Source: Octopus sinensis
Taxonomy: Eukaryota
Assembly (NCBI RefSeq): GCF_006345805.1
Contig: NC_043018.1
Coordinates: forward strand, 13,268,001-13,332,000
Length of the DNA stretch: 64,000 nucleotides
Direction: 5' to 3'
In this document: positions 56,201 through 64,000 of the stretch, in pieces
How the letters are laid out: each line of letters begins with the position of its first letter
How positions within the stretch are numbered: position 1 is the first letter of the stretch
Notes under the pieces: generated by a model
Database searches by the model: none
Seen by the model: only the letters and a program-made list of their open reading frames with translations
What the model was told of the DNA's origin: nothing
Made by a program: the position numbers and the translations under genes

Positions 56201-59200
56201 TGGCTCAGTTATGGAGATATAAACGGACCAGCATCAGTTGTCAAGTGATGACGGAATACAAACACAGACATGCATAAATAAATATATATATATGTTGTTG
56301 TTTGTCCCTTTTCAAGCCATGCCTGGCTCATAGTGCCGGTTTCCTTAGCGTATAGGTTCCTCACCTGGACAGGATGCCAGTCCGTCGCAGGTGAGCTGCA
56401 AGATGCAGGAGAAAAGAGTGAGAGAAAGTTGTGGCGAAAGAGTCAGCAGAACTTTGCCATTACGTTCTGCCGGAGCCGCGTGGAGCTTAGGTGTTTCGCT
56501 CATAAACACACACATCGTGTGGTCTGAGATTCGAACCTGTGATCCCCTGACAGTGAGTCCGCTGCTCTAACCACTAGGCCATGTGTCTCCACACACACAC
56601 ACATACATACATACATGATTGGCTTCTTTCAATTTCTGTCTACCAAATCCACTCGCAAGGCTTTGGCTTGCCTGAAGCTATGGATGAAAACACTTACCCA
56701 CGGTGCCATGAAGTAGGTCTGAACCCAGAACCATGTCGTTGGGAAGCAGAATTTTTTTCATTGCTTTTTCAGATTCCAAAGGCTGTCTTTTGCATTCTAA
56801 TTCCATTCTCATGAATTTGAATTGGATGCTTGAGTCATAACGAATCTTTCTTTAACTGATTACGCAACCCTTTGGATGTGTTGCAGTCACTCTCTTGACA
56901 GAGCTTGGTGATCTTGACCATGGATCTAAGCCAAATGAGACCATAACCTGTGGCCTATGCCAGGAGCGTAACCAGCCCACTTATGCATACCTTTTCCTTC
57001 ATTGGACACTAACCTCTGCTTGCGAAGACCTGTTGAGGCAACTGAAAACAAAATCAAATTCGATGACTGGCATCTGTGCTAGCGGGGTGCAAAGAGTACC
57101 ATACAAGCTTGATCGTTGACAGAGTGGCTAACCGGCTTCTGTGCCAGTGGCACGTAAAAGGCACCATTCGAGTGTGATCGTTACCAGCGTCACCTTACTG
57201 GCACTTGTGCTCATGCTGGTAGGGTGCCAAGAGCACCATCCGAGCATGATCGTTGCCAGAGCAGCCAATTGGCTTCCGTGCAGGTGGCACATAAAAGGGT
57301 ACCATTCGAATGTGATCGTTACCAGCGTTGCCTTACTGGCACCTCTGCCGGTGGCATGTGTAAAAAGATTTGAGCAAGGTCGTTGCCAGTACTTCCTGAC
57401 TGGCCCCCATGCTGGTGACACGTAAAAAGCACCTACTACACTCTCGGAGTGGTTGGCATTAGGAAGGGCATCCAGCTGTAGAAACTCTGCCAGATCAAGA
57501 CTGGAGCCTGGTACAGCCATCTGGTCTGCCAGCCCTCAGTCAAAATCGTCCAACCCATGCTAGCATGGAAAGCGGATGTTAAACGATGATAATTCCTCTG
57601 CTCAACGTTAATGTAGGATGCACCATTAGCTTCCCTGCTAACTCTTCAGAATCTGTCATGTTGGCAGATTCTGGCAGGGTGGTCAAGCAGGTGCCATACC
57701 CTGCCAAAGGGTAACCCATAGCTGTACGAGGCACTGTCATTACTCTGTGAGGTATTTTCAAAATACCTCCATACCCAATCAAAGTACCTGCTTTTTAGTA
57801 CTATATGTCTATATGAGATGCCTTCTCAAGATGAATACTGCAGTGTTGTGGCATTCTTTCAGTATATCCATGTTAAGTAAGATATATAGATTGCTTTTTG
57901 GTACTAATACTGCTTCCATCTCTAATAATGAATAATAATAATGATGATGATGTTGATGAATAATAAATGGTTATCTTGTTATTATATTTTAACCTAATTT
58001 TGAAATCCTATTTTGTAGGAAAACCGAGAACATGTCCCCTTGTTACAAACAATAAAATACCGACGAGATATATCATTCAGTCACGCAGTGAGTACATTGT
58101 TTATTTATTCTTTTAAACTCACCTTTAAACTGATCAAATATTCACCAGGAAATGAAACCACAATCTCTAAGCCACATATTGTTAATGATGATGATGATGA
58201 TGATATCTGATTGGCCTTTGATTAAAGTATTTCTTCTAAAACAATCTTGTGCATGACTACACTACAGAATGTCCCTTTTCAAAACAATAGGATGTGATTT
58301 GAGAGAGATTTAGCTGTTATTTTTAGCAGGCTGAGACCATGAAAATACTCCCTCATTGTAGTGTATGTATAAAATTTTTGTTATTGTTGTTGTTTAGTAT
58401 CTGCTCACCCATAAGATCAGAGATGTTGTAGCCTTTACCATCTACCTTGTTTCTGGACATAGTCTACCTAGGACTACATTTACTAACGTGATCTTGTTTG
58501 TAAAGAATATAGGTTACGATAGGTGGGTGATTGGCTGCTATTTCTAGCTGGTTGAGTAGCCATGAAGAGGCATCCTCATTGGCTTTCTTGACGATGATGA
58601 TGATGACATCATGATGTGAAAAGGTTGTTGATGTGGGGGATAAGGATAAATTTGTTGTTGTTTAGTCCCAGGTCAACCCCCTCCCATTAAGATTTTTTTC
58701 TTTTTTATATCAAGGACTAGCGGTATAGCCCAGCGTTGCTTGGGTTTGTTTTCTTTTCGACCCTTTAGAATTGCAATTTTTGAAAATTAAAAATTGTGCA
58801 TTATGTAGTTTGTTATTCTCTTTCAGTGAACATTTCTCTGGTTGAAATACACCGAAAAATGGCAACACAGCAGTCAAAAAATCGTAAAAAAATAGGGATT
58901 TTCATAGAAGAAAAGCACCTTTTTGATGTAAATAAGTTTTGGTCTTAACATGGTCTGATTTGAATTTTTTCTTCTATGGAATGAAGAGCAAGCCTTCTTC
59001 TACCATACTCTCAATTTTGGTCAACTTGTGCTGCAGGGCCTCGGAGGAGATAGTGTAAGTTGAAGGCTACCAATACCTGCCACACACAGACAACTTATAT
59101 AGAGAAAGATTATATTATTCAATGCATTCCTCATTGGTTTAGCATTCAGATTTCTCTGTCAAATGTGATCTCCATTCATTCACATTGTTCTGAATGAATC

Positions 59201-62200
59201 GTGCATCATGTCATGGTTTTGAGATTTCAGTGATGTGATGTGATTCTTCTACTTGTTTCAGCCATTTGACTGCAGCACTGCCTTGAAGGGTTTTAGTGGA
59301 ACAGATTGACCCCAGGGCTTATTGTTTTTAAGCCTAGTACTTATTCTATCGGTCTCTTTTGTTGAACTGCTAAGTTACAGAGATGGAAAATACACCGGTC
59401 GTTAAGCAGTGATGGGGGAGGGACACAAAGATATATACATACATACACACACACAAATGCAATGGGCTTCTTTCAGTTTCTGCCTGCCTAATCCACTCAC
59501 AAGGCCAATGTAGAAGACACTTGCCCAAGGTGCCATGCAGTGGGACTGAACCTGGAACCATGTGGTTGGGAAGCAAGCTTCTTCCCACACATCCATGGGC
59601 TGTGCCTATTGTTTACTTTCGGAATAACATTATAGGGTAGGTGTGAGGGGTCAGACCTGGCCAGTTTCAACATAAAGCAGGTCGAATATTTTGGTTGGAT
59701 GTTAAAGGATTAAGAGAATTTGATTAGGGAGATTTCTAGCTGTTAGTTTTAAGAATTGATGTTGTCACTGCTGTTGTTGGTACTTTATGATGATAGTGAT
59801 GCTGCAACTGCTAACTAATCTCTCCTCTTGCAGGTAACCGTAGCTACGGCTGGCTTTATTTCCAAGATCTATGAGAACCTGGAGAATGCCCAGTTCCTGG
59901 AACAGCTCTACAAAGTTGGGGTTCTGCTGCACTTTGAAGGTCTAGTGAGCTGCCATGCTGAGGAGATGGGCATCATTGAAGATATGTCTGTTGCCGTAGA
60001 AGATCTTGCCAGCATCAAGTTCAAACTGACACGAAAAGATGAGATTCAAGAATTACAGCCATCACTTCAACTTACAGAGTGAGTAACTTCTCCATAAATT
60101 TCTTTCTCCTCCACCCCACCATCTCATAATTAAAGGCAATACTCCAGTATGGCTTTAGCATTGATTACTAGAACAAAGAATAGACTTGGTAGAGATACAA
60201 CATGTTTACCTGTTTGTCTGCCTGTCTCTTCCGTGTATCTGTCTTCTACCATCTGTGTTTGCAAATAGATAAATACACACCTGGCTGTGCTTATCCACTT
60301 CCTCTATTTATATCTCCCTTCACCTACCCATCCATCTATCTATCTAGCTGACTGAGATTTCATGTTTAGAGCCACCACCTGAACTCAAATTACCCAACAA
60401 CCGGATCGGCTGGTTGTGTTAGACTGAGTAAAATGTACAATGGCAATTTCATTGAGATGTGTTTATTTTGTTGTTTCACATTTGCCCTTTTTGTTTTTCA
60501 TTTAAAAGCTCAACACCTGATACAGGTAGAATCATTAGGTTTCAAATAAGGAAGTACGTCAATTATATCTTTGGTATTTTATAAAATGCCATTCCTTGTT
60601 TCTGTTATTTCTTTTTGTATTTTCACATTTCTTTATGGAAATCCTTCACCTGTACAAAACACATTGATCTTAAGAAACTTTCTATTTATTCTTTCTTCCA
60701 GTTTTGTAAAAGAGGGCAGGTATCCTGATATGAATAGGTGAGTCTATCTTAATTTTATTATTATCCTTATTATTGTCGGACGGCTTGTGATGGACCTACT
60801 CTGAACATACACTTGTGAGCTGGAATAGTTGAGAATGAGTGAGGTGCCCGCCTGAGGTACCCTTGGCAGTTGGGATGACAAGGATGTGTGGGGTTCCTTT
60901 GTTGGCCGTGAGAGGAACTCCCCCCCCCTCTTGGGAATTTGATTGTTGTTGATATTATTTCATACACGAATACTGAGCTAAGCCCCACTTGTCCCCTGTG
61001 TTGTCCCTTTTTGTTTTGTGTTGGCTCCTGTGACCAATAAAGAAAAGGTTGTTGTTATTATTACCTCCACCTTAACGAAGGCAGAGGTATTGCTTTCATT
61101 TGTGTTTGTGAATATCTCAAGAACTGCTGGAGGGATTTGGATGAACCTTCCAGGGACGTTTGGCCTTTACAGCAAAACTAACACATCTCCTTTGACTTGA
61201 TTTAGCCTACAGAGATAGGCAGCTCCATGGTTTGGACTGAAGGAGCCGGAACAGGTTTCTTGCTACTAAAATTATAGAAGAGAGGTTAAGAATAGTTGGA
61301 ATAGAGATGGAAAAAGATCGAAATAGAGGTGATGAGGTGTCCAGGTGTACCCTAAAGTTCCCTGAGTAGAAGTAGATTCTCTAAAATGTTTGGCTGGCTC
61401 ACTAGAAGTAGTTGGTATCTTCTGTTACCTTGGAGACATAATTGACAGTGCAGGAGGAGGCAGTAGCGACTGGGGAAAGAATGGGTTTGAAAAACATTGG
61501 GGAGCTGCTATCTCTGCTGGTAACAAGGGCCTTTCCTCTATGTAGAAGGCAGGTAACCCTATATTTGAATTGAGTTTGAATTGAGATGCTGCACAGTAGT
61601 GAGATATGGACTTGAATGCAGAAAGCTTGCAAAGGACTAAAACAAACATGCTCCAATGGATATGGAAACGCCAGTGTCTGTGAATGCTACGATACGAATC
61701 AAGTGGGAGAAAAACTGGGCATAAAGCGAATCCGATGAAGTGTGAAAGAGAGTGTGTTGGTATGGACATGTAATGCATACGGATGGGGGGGGGGAATTGC
61801 TGCATGAGGAGATGATGCCCTGTACTCCAAGTTGGCCGAATCTGTGAAATTTGTGCACTTTACACAGTATTGAGAATTGAACCCTCTTAAGCATTTTAAA
61901 CAGCCATTTCAGGTTCAAATATTCTACCTGTTTTTTTTTTTTAATGTTCAAATTGGCGAGATCCAACCTCTCACACCTTCCTTGCAATGTCATTCTAAAC
62001 ATAAACAATCCTACCATTGAAATCTCAAGGCTACAAGATAATGCATAATTAATTCAAAACAATTTGAATAAATAAGCATTGCATTTGACAGAGTAATTTA
62101 AATACTAAAGGATTAAATGGTTTAATATTAACAAAAGTCTTCCCTCTCCCTCTCTCTTCTTCCATTCTAGATCAAGTCCTAAACCTTCTCTGTTTTTCTT

Positions 62201-63394
62201 TTTATGATTTTTTAAAACAAAAATTAAATGAGAAATTCTTTTCTTTTATTACAGACACTCAGTGGTGGTTTGTATTCCCTTGTTGAGCCACATGTTTGAC
62301 AAACTTCCCAGCAAACTCCAAAGTGGCCACCACATCAATGTCTCCACATCTTACTTCAATGTTGGAATCAATGAACTTGCTACCTTAGCAGAAAAGTAAG
62401 AATCCTTGTCTGTTTTCTGGTTTTGGGGTTTTGGTTTTGATTTGAAGAACAACAGTCACAAAGTTGTAAAACTGTTGGTGTTGGCAAAAGTATCGCATGT
62501 ACCATGGAAAGTTGTGTGACAGTGTGTGTGTGTTTGGATGTTGTGAGTAGGTGTACAGTGTGTGATTCCTACATGATGCTGCTTATATTCCATGTAATTA
62601 CTACATGGTATTGTGTAGCTTGCTAAAATTTGAAAGCATTTGTTTAACCCCAGGCCAATTCTGACCAATTAGACTTATGATCAACAGCATGCCAACTTTG
62701 ACCATCCTGTCTTTATTCACATATGAAGAAGGCTTGTTGGAATTCATTGGTCAATGCATTCTTCTTGGCTTTTTTTTAAATGGCAGGTTGTGATTTAAAT
62801 GAGATTTAGCTGCTGTTTTTAACAAGTCAAATGGCAATGTATGAGTGGGTGCTGAAAAATGGTCCCTCAGTTATTCTAAGCCCTGTAAAAGAACTCAGAT
62901 GGTTGGGCCCCTCCAACCAGGCCTTTTGCGATACCCTTAAAGCCAGGGATTTTTCAGCACCCCTCATGGATGCCACTATCCTTGGTTGCTTCTTCAGCTA
63001 AATGAAGGGGGTTGTGTGGTACCTTGTTGGCTCAATTACAAAAATGTGATTACCACATGTCAAGGGACCCGTACAGTTACTAATTGTTGACAATGTTTAT
63101 AGGAAACAGTAAGCAAACCTCAATGTTTGACCTACTTTGAAATATCTATGTTTGTAAAAAGCATGACACATTGATAATTATAATCTAATATATACAATTC
63201 CTAAGAGAAGGATGATGGGGGGGACAGTCATGCTTGGAACGCTTTTGATCATGGCACTATTCTGTAATGGTATTCTTGCTCCATGTGTCTCTGTAGATTT
63301 GGAAGTACTGCCCTCCAAGATGATATTAATAAAATGGGTTTCAAAAAGATGAATGACTACTTTGAGGCTTACAGCAAGGCTTGTGGAGATCCAG
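661..63394 (+). CDS. INPP4: Inositol polyphosphate 4-phosphatase (INPP4A/B family), partial: 17 exons; 5' end and catalytic 3' exons lie outside the window
   Basis: 17 AG/GT-bounded exons join in one frame with matching phases (2388 nt). Recognised INPP4 motifs: [19 protein letters not shown] (C2), [102 protein letters not shown]. Confidence 0.92.
2251..2289 (+). CDS. INPP4: INPP4 exon 2 (39-nt exon, first strand of C2)
   Basis: tttttatag|...|gtaagt, phase 1-1; (D)[12 protein letters not shown](A), supplies the beta strand expected before AAKDLP. Confidence 0.8.
3806..4291. mobile_element. hAT MITE with a nested piggyBac-like MITE fragment
   Basis: CAGTGATTCTCAAC...GTTGAGAACCACTG; flanks ATCTAATG/ATCTAAAT; insert at ~3890-4110. 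Confidence 0.75.
4385..4790 (-). mobile_element. RTE-clade LINE 3' end remnant
   Basis: The minus strand reads [11 protein letters not shown]...FGHRVQER and ends in CATGGAAAAACAGGTGTAAAATGATGATG. Confidence 0.65.
5321..5545 (-). mobile_element. Young tRNA-derived SINE (family C) inserted in an older related SINE
   Basis: 17-bp TSD GCAGCAGACAAAATACC (5304-20, 5546-62); A/B-box-like head (TGGCAGAAACGTTAG / GAGTTCAAATTC). Confidence 0.85.
10657..11144. mobile_element. piggyBac-like MITE (TTAA target) interrupted by a SINE
   Basis: TTAA|CCCTTTAGCATT...AATGCTTTGGCG|TTAA; related copies near 10300-10487, 26750-26970, 31480-31690, 59130-59710 and 61870-62115. Confidence 0.65.
14807..14920. repeat. 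Minisatellite, 19-bp unit x6
   Basis: CTAGTC(C/T)TCTCTTTGCCTT repeated six times. Confidence 0.95.
16381..16499 (+). CDS. INPP4: INPP4 exon 3 (C2)
   Basis: tttgcag|...|gtagga, phase 1-0; [40 protein letters not shown]. Confidence 0.9.
17244..17555. mobile_element. hAT (Charlie-like) MITE
   Basis: CTGTGGTTCTCAAC...GTTGAGAACCACTG; TSD CTCTGAAG/CTCTAAAG. Confidence 0.8.
17840..17950 (+). CDS. INPP4: INPP4 exon 4 (C2)
   Basis: tttctag|...|gtgagt, phase 0-0; [37 protein letters not shown]. Confidence 0.9.
18235..18466 (-). mobile_element. tRNA-derived SINE (family C) with TSD
   Basis: TSD TTCCACACAGTTTCT on both sides; same sequence as 5321-5545. Confidence 0.85.
18630..18950 (+). mobile_element. 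RTE-clade LINE APE endonuclease fragment
   Basis: [21 protein letters not shown] and [24 protein letters not shown]. Confidence 0.8.
19300..19544. mobile_element. hAT MITE
   Basis: Degenerate CAGGGGTTCTCAACC termini; internal similarity to the other copies. Confidence 0.65.
19969..20048 (+). CDS. INPP4: INPP4 exon 5 (C2)
   Basis: tttcag|...|gtaagt, phase 0-2; [26 protein letters not shown]. Confidence 0.88.
20350..20663. mobile_element. hAT (Charlie-like) MITE
   Basis: Degenerate CAGTGGTTCTCAAC TIRs; perfect 8-bp TSD GTCTACAG at 20342-49 and 20664-71. Confidence 0.85.
21510..22350 (+). mobile_element. Second R4/Dong-type LINE 3' fragment (distinct family)
   Basis: [58 protein letters not shown], with frameshifts. 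Confidence 0.85.
22539..22623 (+). CDS. INPP4: INPP4 exon 6
   Basis: ttttgtag|...|gtaatt, phase 2-0; [28 protein letters not shown]; bridges the phases of exons 5 and 7. Confidence 0.82.
24228..24406 (+). CDS. INPP4: INPP4 exon 7
   Basis: tttctag|...|gtgagt, phase 0-2; [59 protein letters not shown]. Confidence 0.88.
24926..24983 (+). CDS. INPP4: INPP4 exon 8
   Basis: ttttag|...|gtaagt, phase 2-0; [19 protein letters not shown]. Confidence 0.88.
25600..26700 (-). mobile_element. Degenerate pogo/Tigger-like transposase remnant (boundaries approximate)
   Basis: The minus strand gives [21 protein letters not shown]...SFRFSNG (CENP-B-type HTH) and [16 protein letters not shown] (DDE_1 motif), with stops and frameshifts. 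Confidence 0.7.
27387..27438. repeat. 12-bp tandem repeat x4 with alternating variants
   Basis: CAGTCCCACAAC/CAGTCCCACGAC alternate. Confidence 0.9.
28545..28810 (+). mobile_element. Possible Tc1 transposase 5' remnant
   Basis: GC-richer island; one frame reads [21 protein letters not shown], resembling Tc1 N-terminal QLSEFERGRIIGL-type motifs. No TIR found. Confidence 0.3.
29561..29950 (+). mobile_element. tRNA-derived SINE (family B, central microsatellite), representative copy
   Basis: GGCTGTGTGGTAAGAAG...GGTTCAGCCCC head, CTTGGGCAAGTGTCTT body. Many copies, e.g. 3180-3540, 9370-9740, 21105-21490, 40711-41088, 53060-53470, 55205-55660, 59230-59600. Confidence 0.85.
30951..31290. repeat. 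Long fold-back inverted repeat between (TA)n tracts
   Basis: Arms 30951-31071 and 31087-31211 are near-identical reverse complements with a 15-nt spacer; a unique tail follows the right arm. Confidence 0.85.
32425..32643. mobile_element. hAT MITE
   Basis: CAGCGATTCTCAAC...GTTGAGAAACAC; TSD TTCTAAAC on both sides. Confidence 0.75.
34312..34690 (+). mobile_element. Non-autonomous Helitron
   Basis: A|TC 5' end, CTAG|T 3' end, subterminal CCCGAGCAACGCC hairpin-like motif, no TSD; further copies at 58717-59109 and 52033-52268. Confidence 0.75.
35291..35691. mobile_element. MITE with ~130-bp TIRs and TA TSD, inserted into a SINE
   Basis: AATATCTAGATCTGCACCCGGTGGGG...CCCCACCGGGTGCGGATTTAGATATT; the SINE sequence resumes on both sides of TA. 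Confidence 0.85.
36063..36171 (+). CDS. INPP4: INPP4 exon 9
   Basis: ttgccag|...|gtgaat, phase 0-1; [36 protein letters not shown]. Confidence 0.8.
36439..38338. repeat. Near-identical tandem duplication of ~0.93 kb
   Basis: 36455-37380 and 37405-38317 differ by about 4 substitutions plus microsatellite length (by eye); (GT)n tracts at the left, middle and right junctions. Confidence 0.95.
39771..39821 (-). ncRNA. Mirror copy of the hammerhead motif on the minus strand
   Basis: The 132-bp palindrome makes the minus strand identical to the plus-strand motif; predicted cleavage position 39777. Confidence 0.7.
39818..39868 (+). ncRNA. Minimal type I hammerhead ribozyme motif (Penelope-like type)
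   Basis: Stem I AGCTTC(39818-23)/GAAGCT(39863-68); core CTGAAGA(39824-30); short stem II TTC-ATTT-GAA with U.U at 10.1/11.1; GAAA(39843-46); stem III ACAG/CTGT with loop TTCTAGTC; GUA cleavage triplet ending at 39862. Confidence 0.75.
40463..41706. mobile_element. Mariner remnants: two converging 5' ends bridged by a SINE
   Basis: TA-CAAGGTC..GATAAGTATC at the left and its reverse complement at the right. The + strand reads [19 protein letters not shown]. The - strand reads ...[36 protein letters not shown] (mariner HTH and WVPxxL-like motif). Confidence 0.85.
41707..41970. repeat. Compound (TA)/(TATG)/(TG) microsatellite
   Basis: Read directly from the sequence; source of several spurious ORFs. 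Confidence 0.95.
44403..44528. repeat. Long imperfect (GT)n microsatellite
   Basis: Read directly from the sequence. Confidence 0.95.
44761..46246 (-). mobile_element. 5'-truncated R4/Dong-type non-LTR retrotransposon (RLE endonuclease)
   Basis: [18 protein letters not shown] zinc knuckle, [53 protein letters not shown]; flanked by TTA-type repeats on both sides. Confidence 0.88.
46247..46363. repeat. (TTA)n microsatellite abutting the exon 10 acceptor
   Basis: ~115 bp imperfect TTA/TTG repeat ending in tatag|exon. Confidence 0.95.
46366..46473 (+). CDS. INPP4: INPP4 exon 10
   Basis: (tta)n-tatag|...|gtgaga, phase 1-1; (E)[35 protein letters not shown], a highly conserved INPP4 segment. 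Confidence 0.92.
46560..47080. repeat. Degenerate CCTAAC-rich low-complexity tract in intron 10
   Basis: G-poor sequence with recurrent CCTAAC/CCCTAACC motifs and a duplicated CCTCTGCCCCTATTACAAAC. Confidence 0.6.
47101..47378 (+). CDS. INPP4: INPP4 exon 11
   Basis: cttccag|...|gtgaac, phase 1-0; [30 protein letters not shown]...[12 protein letters not shown]. Confidence 0.92.
47715..48075 (-). mobile_element. SINE family A (RTE-like ATG-repeat tail, internal tandem array), representative copy
   Basis: Tail CATGCTAGCATGGAAAGCGGACGTTAAATGATGATG. Copies at 479-625, 10805-11088, 12945-13310, 13705-13950, 16887-17040, 23020-23180, 54770-55020 and 57130-57590. Confidence 0.85.
48075..48672 (+). 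mobile_element. Internally deleted Tc1/mariner (maT/rosa-like) transposon
   Basis: Fragments [89 protein letters not shown]; TIR-like 3' end followed by TA. Confidence 0.8.
50136..50402 (+). CDS. INPP4: INPP4 exon 12 (low-complexity linker)
   Basis: ctcacag|...|gtatgt, phase 0-0; [19 protein letters not shown]...[18 protein letters not shown]. Confidence 0.85.
50991..51188 (+). CDS. INPP4: INPP4 exon 13
   Basis: accccag|...|gtaagt, phase 0-0; [21 protein letters not shown]...[13 protein letters not shown]. Confidence 0.88.
51254..51479 (+). mobile_element. tRNA-derived SINE (family C) with TSD
   Basis: TSD AATTACCATTGTA (51241-53, 51480-92). Confidence 0.8.
51580..51915 (+). mobile_element. 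tRNA-derived SINE (family D), representative copy
   Basis: tRNA-like head and TTGAGCAAGACACTTT body; related copies at 38470-38800 (-) and 43630-43865 (+). Confidence 0.75.
52033..52268 (-). mobile_element. Non-autonomous Helitron, 3' part only
   Basis: CTAG terminus and 3' half of the same family; joins a SINE fragment at ~52270. Confidence 0.7.
54500..54700 (+). mobile_element. Short R4/Dong-like C-terminal fragment
   Basis: [17 protein letters not shown]...[11 protein letters not shown] resembles the RLE LINE C-terminus. Confidence 0.55.
56300..56591 (-). mobile_element. tRNA-derived SINE (family E), representative copy
   Basis: Minus-strand head TGGCCTAGTGGTTAGAG...GGTTCGAATCTC; related copies at 48885-49170 and 15420-15690. 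Confidence 0.75.
58019..58087 (+). CDS. INPP4: INPP4 exon 14
   Basis: ttttgtag|...|gtgagt, phase 0-0; [23 protein letters not shown] (RRDxxFSQA motif). Confidence 0.9.
58717..59109 (-). mobile_element. Non-autonomous Helitron (same family as 34312-34690)
   Basis: Reverse complement of 34312-34690, with both termini and the AT target present. Confidence 0.75.
59834..60078 (+). CDS. INPP4: INPP4 exon 15
   Basis: cttgcag|...|gtgagt, phase 0-2; [58 protein letters not shown]... Confidence 0.93.
61390..61830 (+). mobile_element. RTE-clade LINE RT C-terminal fragment
   Basis: [56 protein letters not shown], with frameshifts. Confidence 0.8.
62255..62395 (+). CDS. INPP4: INPP4 exon 16
   Basis: attacag|...|gtaaga, phase 2-2; [46 protein letters not shown]. 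Confidence 0.93.
63297..63394 (+). CDS. INPP4: INPP4 exon 17
   Basis: ctgtag|...|gtaaga, phase 2-1; [32 protein letters not shown]. Confidence 0.9.
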
Positions 63395-63818
63395 GTAAGA
63401 AGAAGAACCCTAAATCAATGAATTAACAGCCGATTTGGGATTGATGTTATTTAATTAATTTATTGTGTGTGAGCGTGCACATATGTGTGTGTGTGTATAT
63501 ATATATATAAAATTGGGAAGCAGTTGCCAGCAACCGTGGTGAATGGCGACGTACCGTAAAAGAGGGAACACAAAGGAGTGACAGAGAGAGAGAGAGAGAG
63601 GAGAAATGGAAAGACAAGAAAAGACGTCAACAAGAAAGTATGACATTAGAACCAGCCAGGCAAAGTCTTCACTACATTTGCGGCACCTGCCAGAGGGAGT
63701 GTTTGTCCAGTATAAGACTACACAGCCACAGCAGGAAATGTATTAGGACATGAATTGTAAAAGCCGGACTAGATTATTTTATGTGCAACTCCATTGTCTC
63801 CTGAGACAAAAAGGATGC

Positions 63819-63871
<53 letters not shown>

Positions 63872-63879
63872 TACGCATA

Positions 63880-64000
63880 CAGAGTTCACCAAAAAGTGTA
63901 TACACACTTCAGGAAAGGACAAATCTGTATAAATATTTAACTTGTATTAGTACTTCTATAAATATAGAATCCACTTTCGATGTTTTATCAAATTACAATA
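63880..64000 (+). mobile_element. 5' terminus of a probable Tc1-like element running out of the window
   Basis: TA-CAGAGTTCACCAAAAAGTGTATACACACTT resembles a Tc1-family TIR start; the partner end is not visible. Confidence 0.4.

Noticed and set aside
56520-56591. tRNA-like sequences with A and B boxes (also many other SINE heads)
   Set aside because: They continue into SINE bodies and lack a complete cloverleaf; they are SINE heads, not tRNA genes.
57130-57440. Regularly spaced repeats resembling a CRISPR array
   Set aside because: Contiguous degenerate tandem units inside a SINE, with no unique spacers and no cas genes, in eukaryotic intron context.

Overview
AT-rich, repeat-dense eukaryotic DNA. 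The SINE/MITE repertoire looks like a cephalopod (octopus-type) genome; this is inferred from remembered repeat signatures, not from a search. The window lies entirely inside one + strand gene, an inositol polyphosphate 4-phosphatase (INPP4A/B family). I traced 17 GT-AG exons (661-63394, 2388 coding nt, about 795 codons) that join in frame with consistent phases. They encode the end of a PH-like domain, a C2 domain and most of the phosphatase region. The start codon and the catalytic CX5R exon lie outside the window. The introns hold tRNA-derived SINEs, RTE and R4/Dong-type LINE remnants, mariner/maT/pogo remnants, hAT, piggyBac and Tc1-mariner-type MITEs, non-autonomous Helitrons and many microsatellites. 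The most striking unexplained structure is a perfect 132-bp zero-spacer palindrome in intron 9 (39754-39885). It encodes a minimal type I hammerhead ribozyme fold on each strand, resembling those of Penelope-like elements. Other notable items are a second fold-back element of the same architecture, a ~0.93-kb near-identical tandem duplication, two converging mariner 5' ends, and an exon whose splice acceptor is a (TTA)n microsatellite next to a Dong-like insertion.
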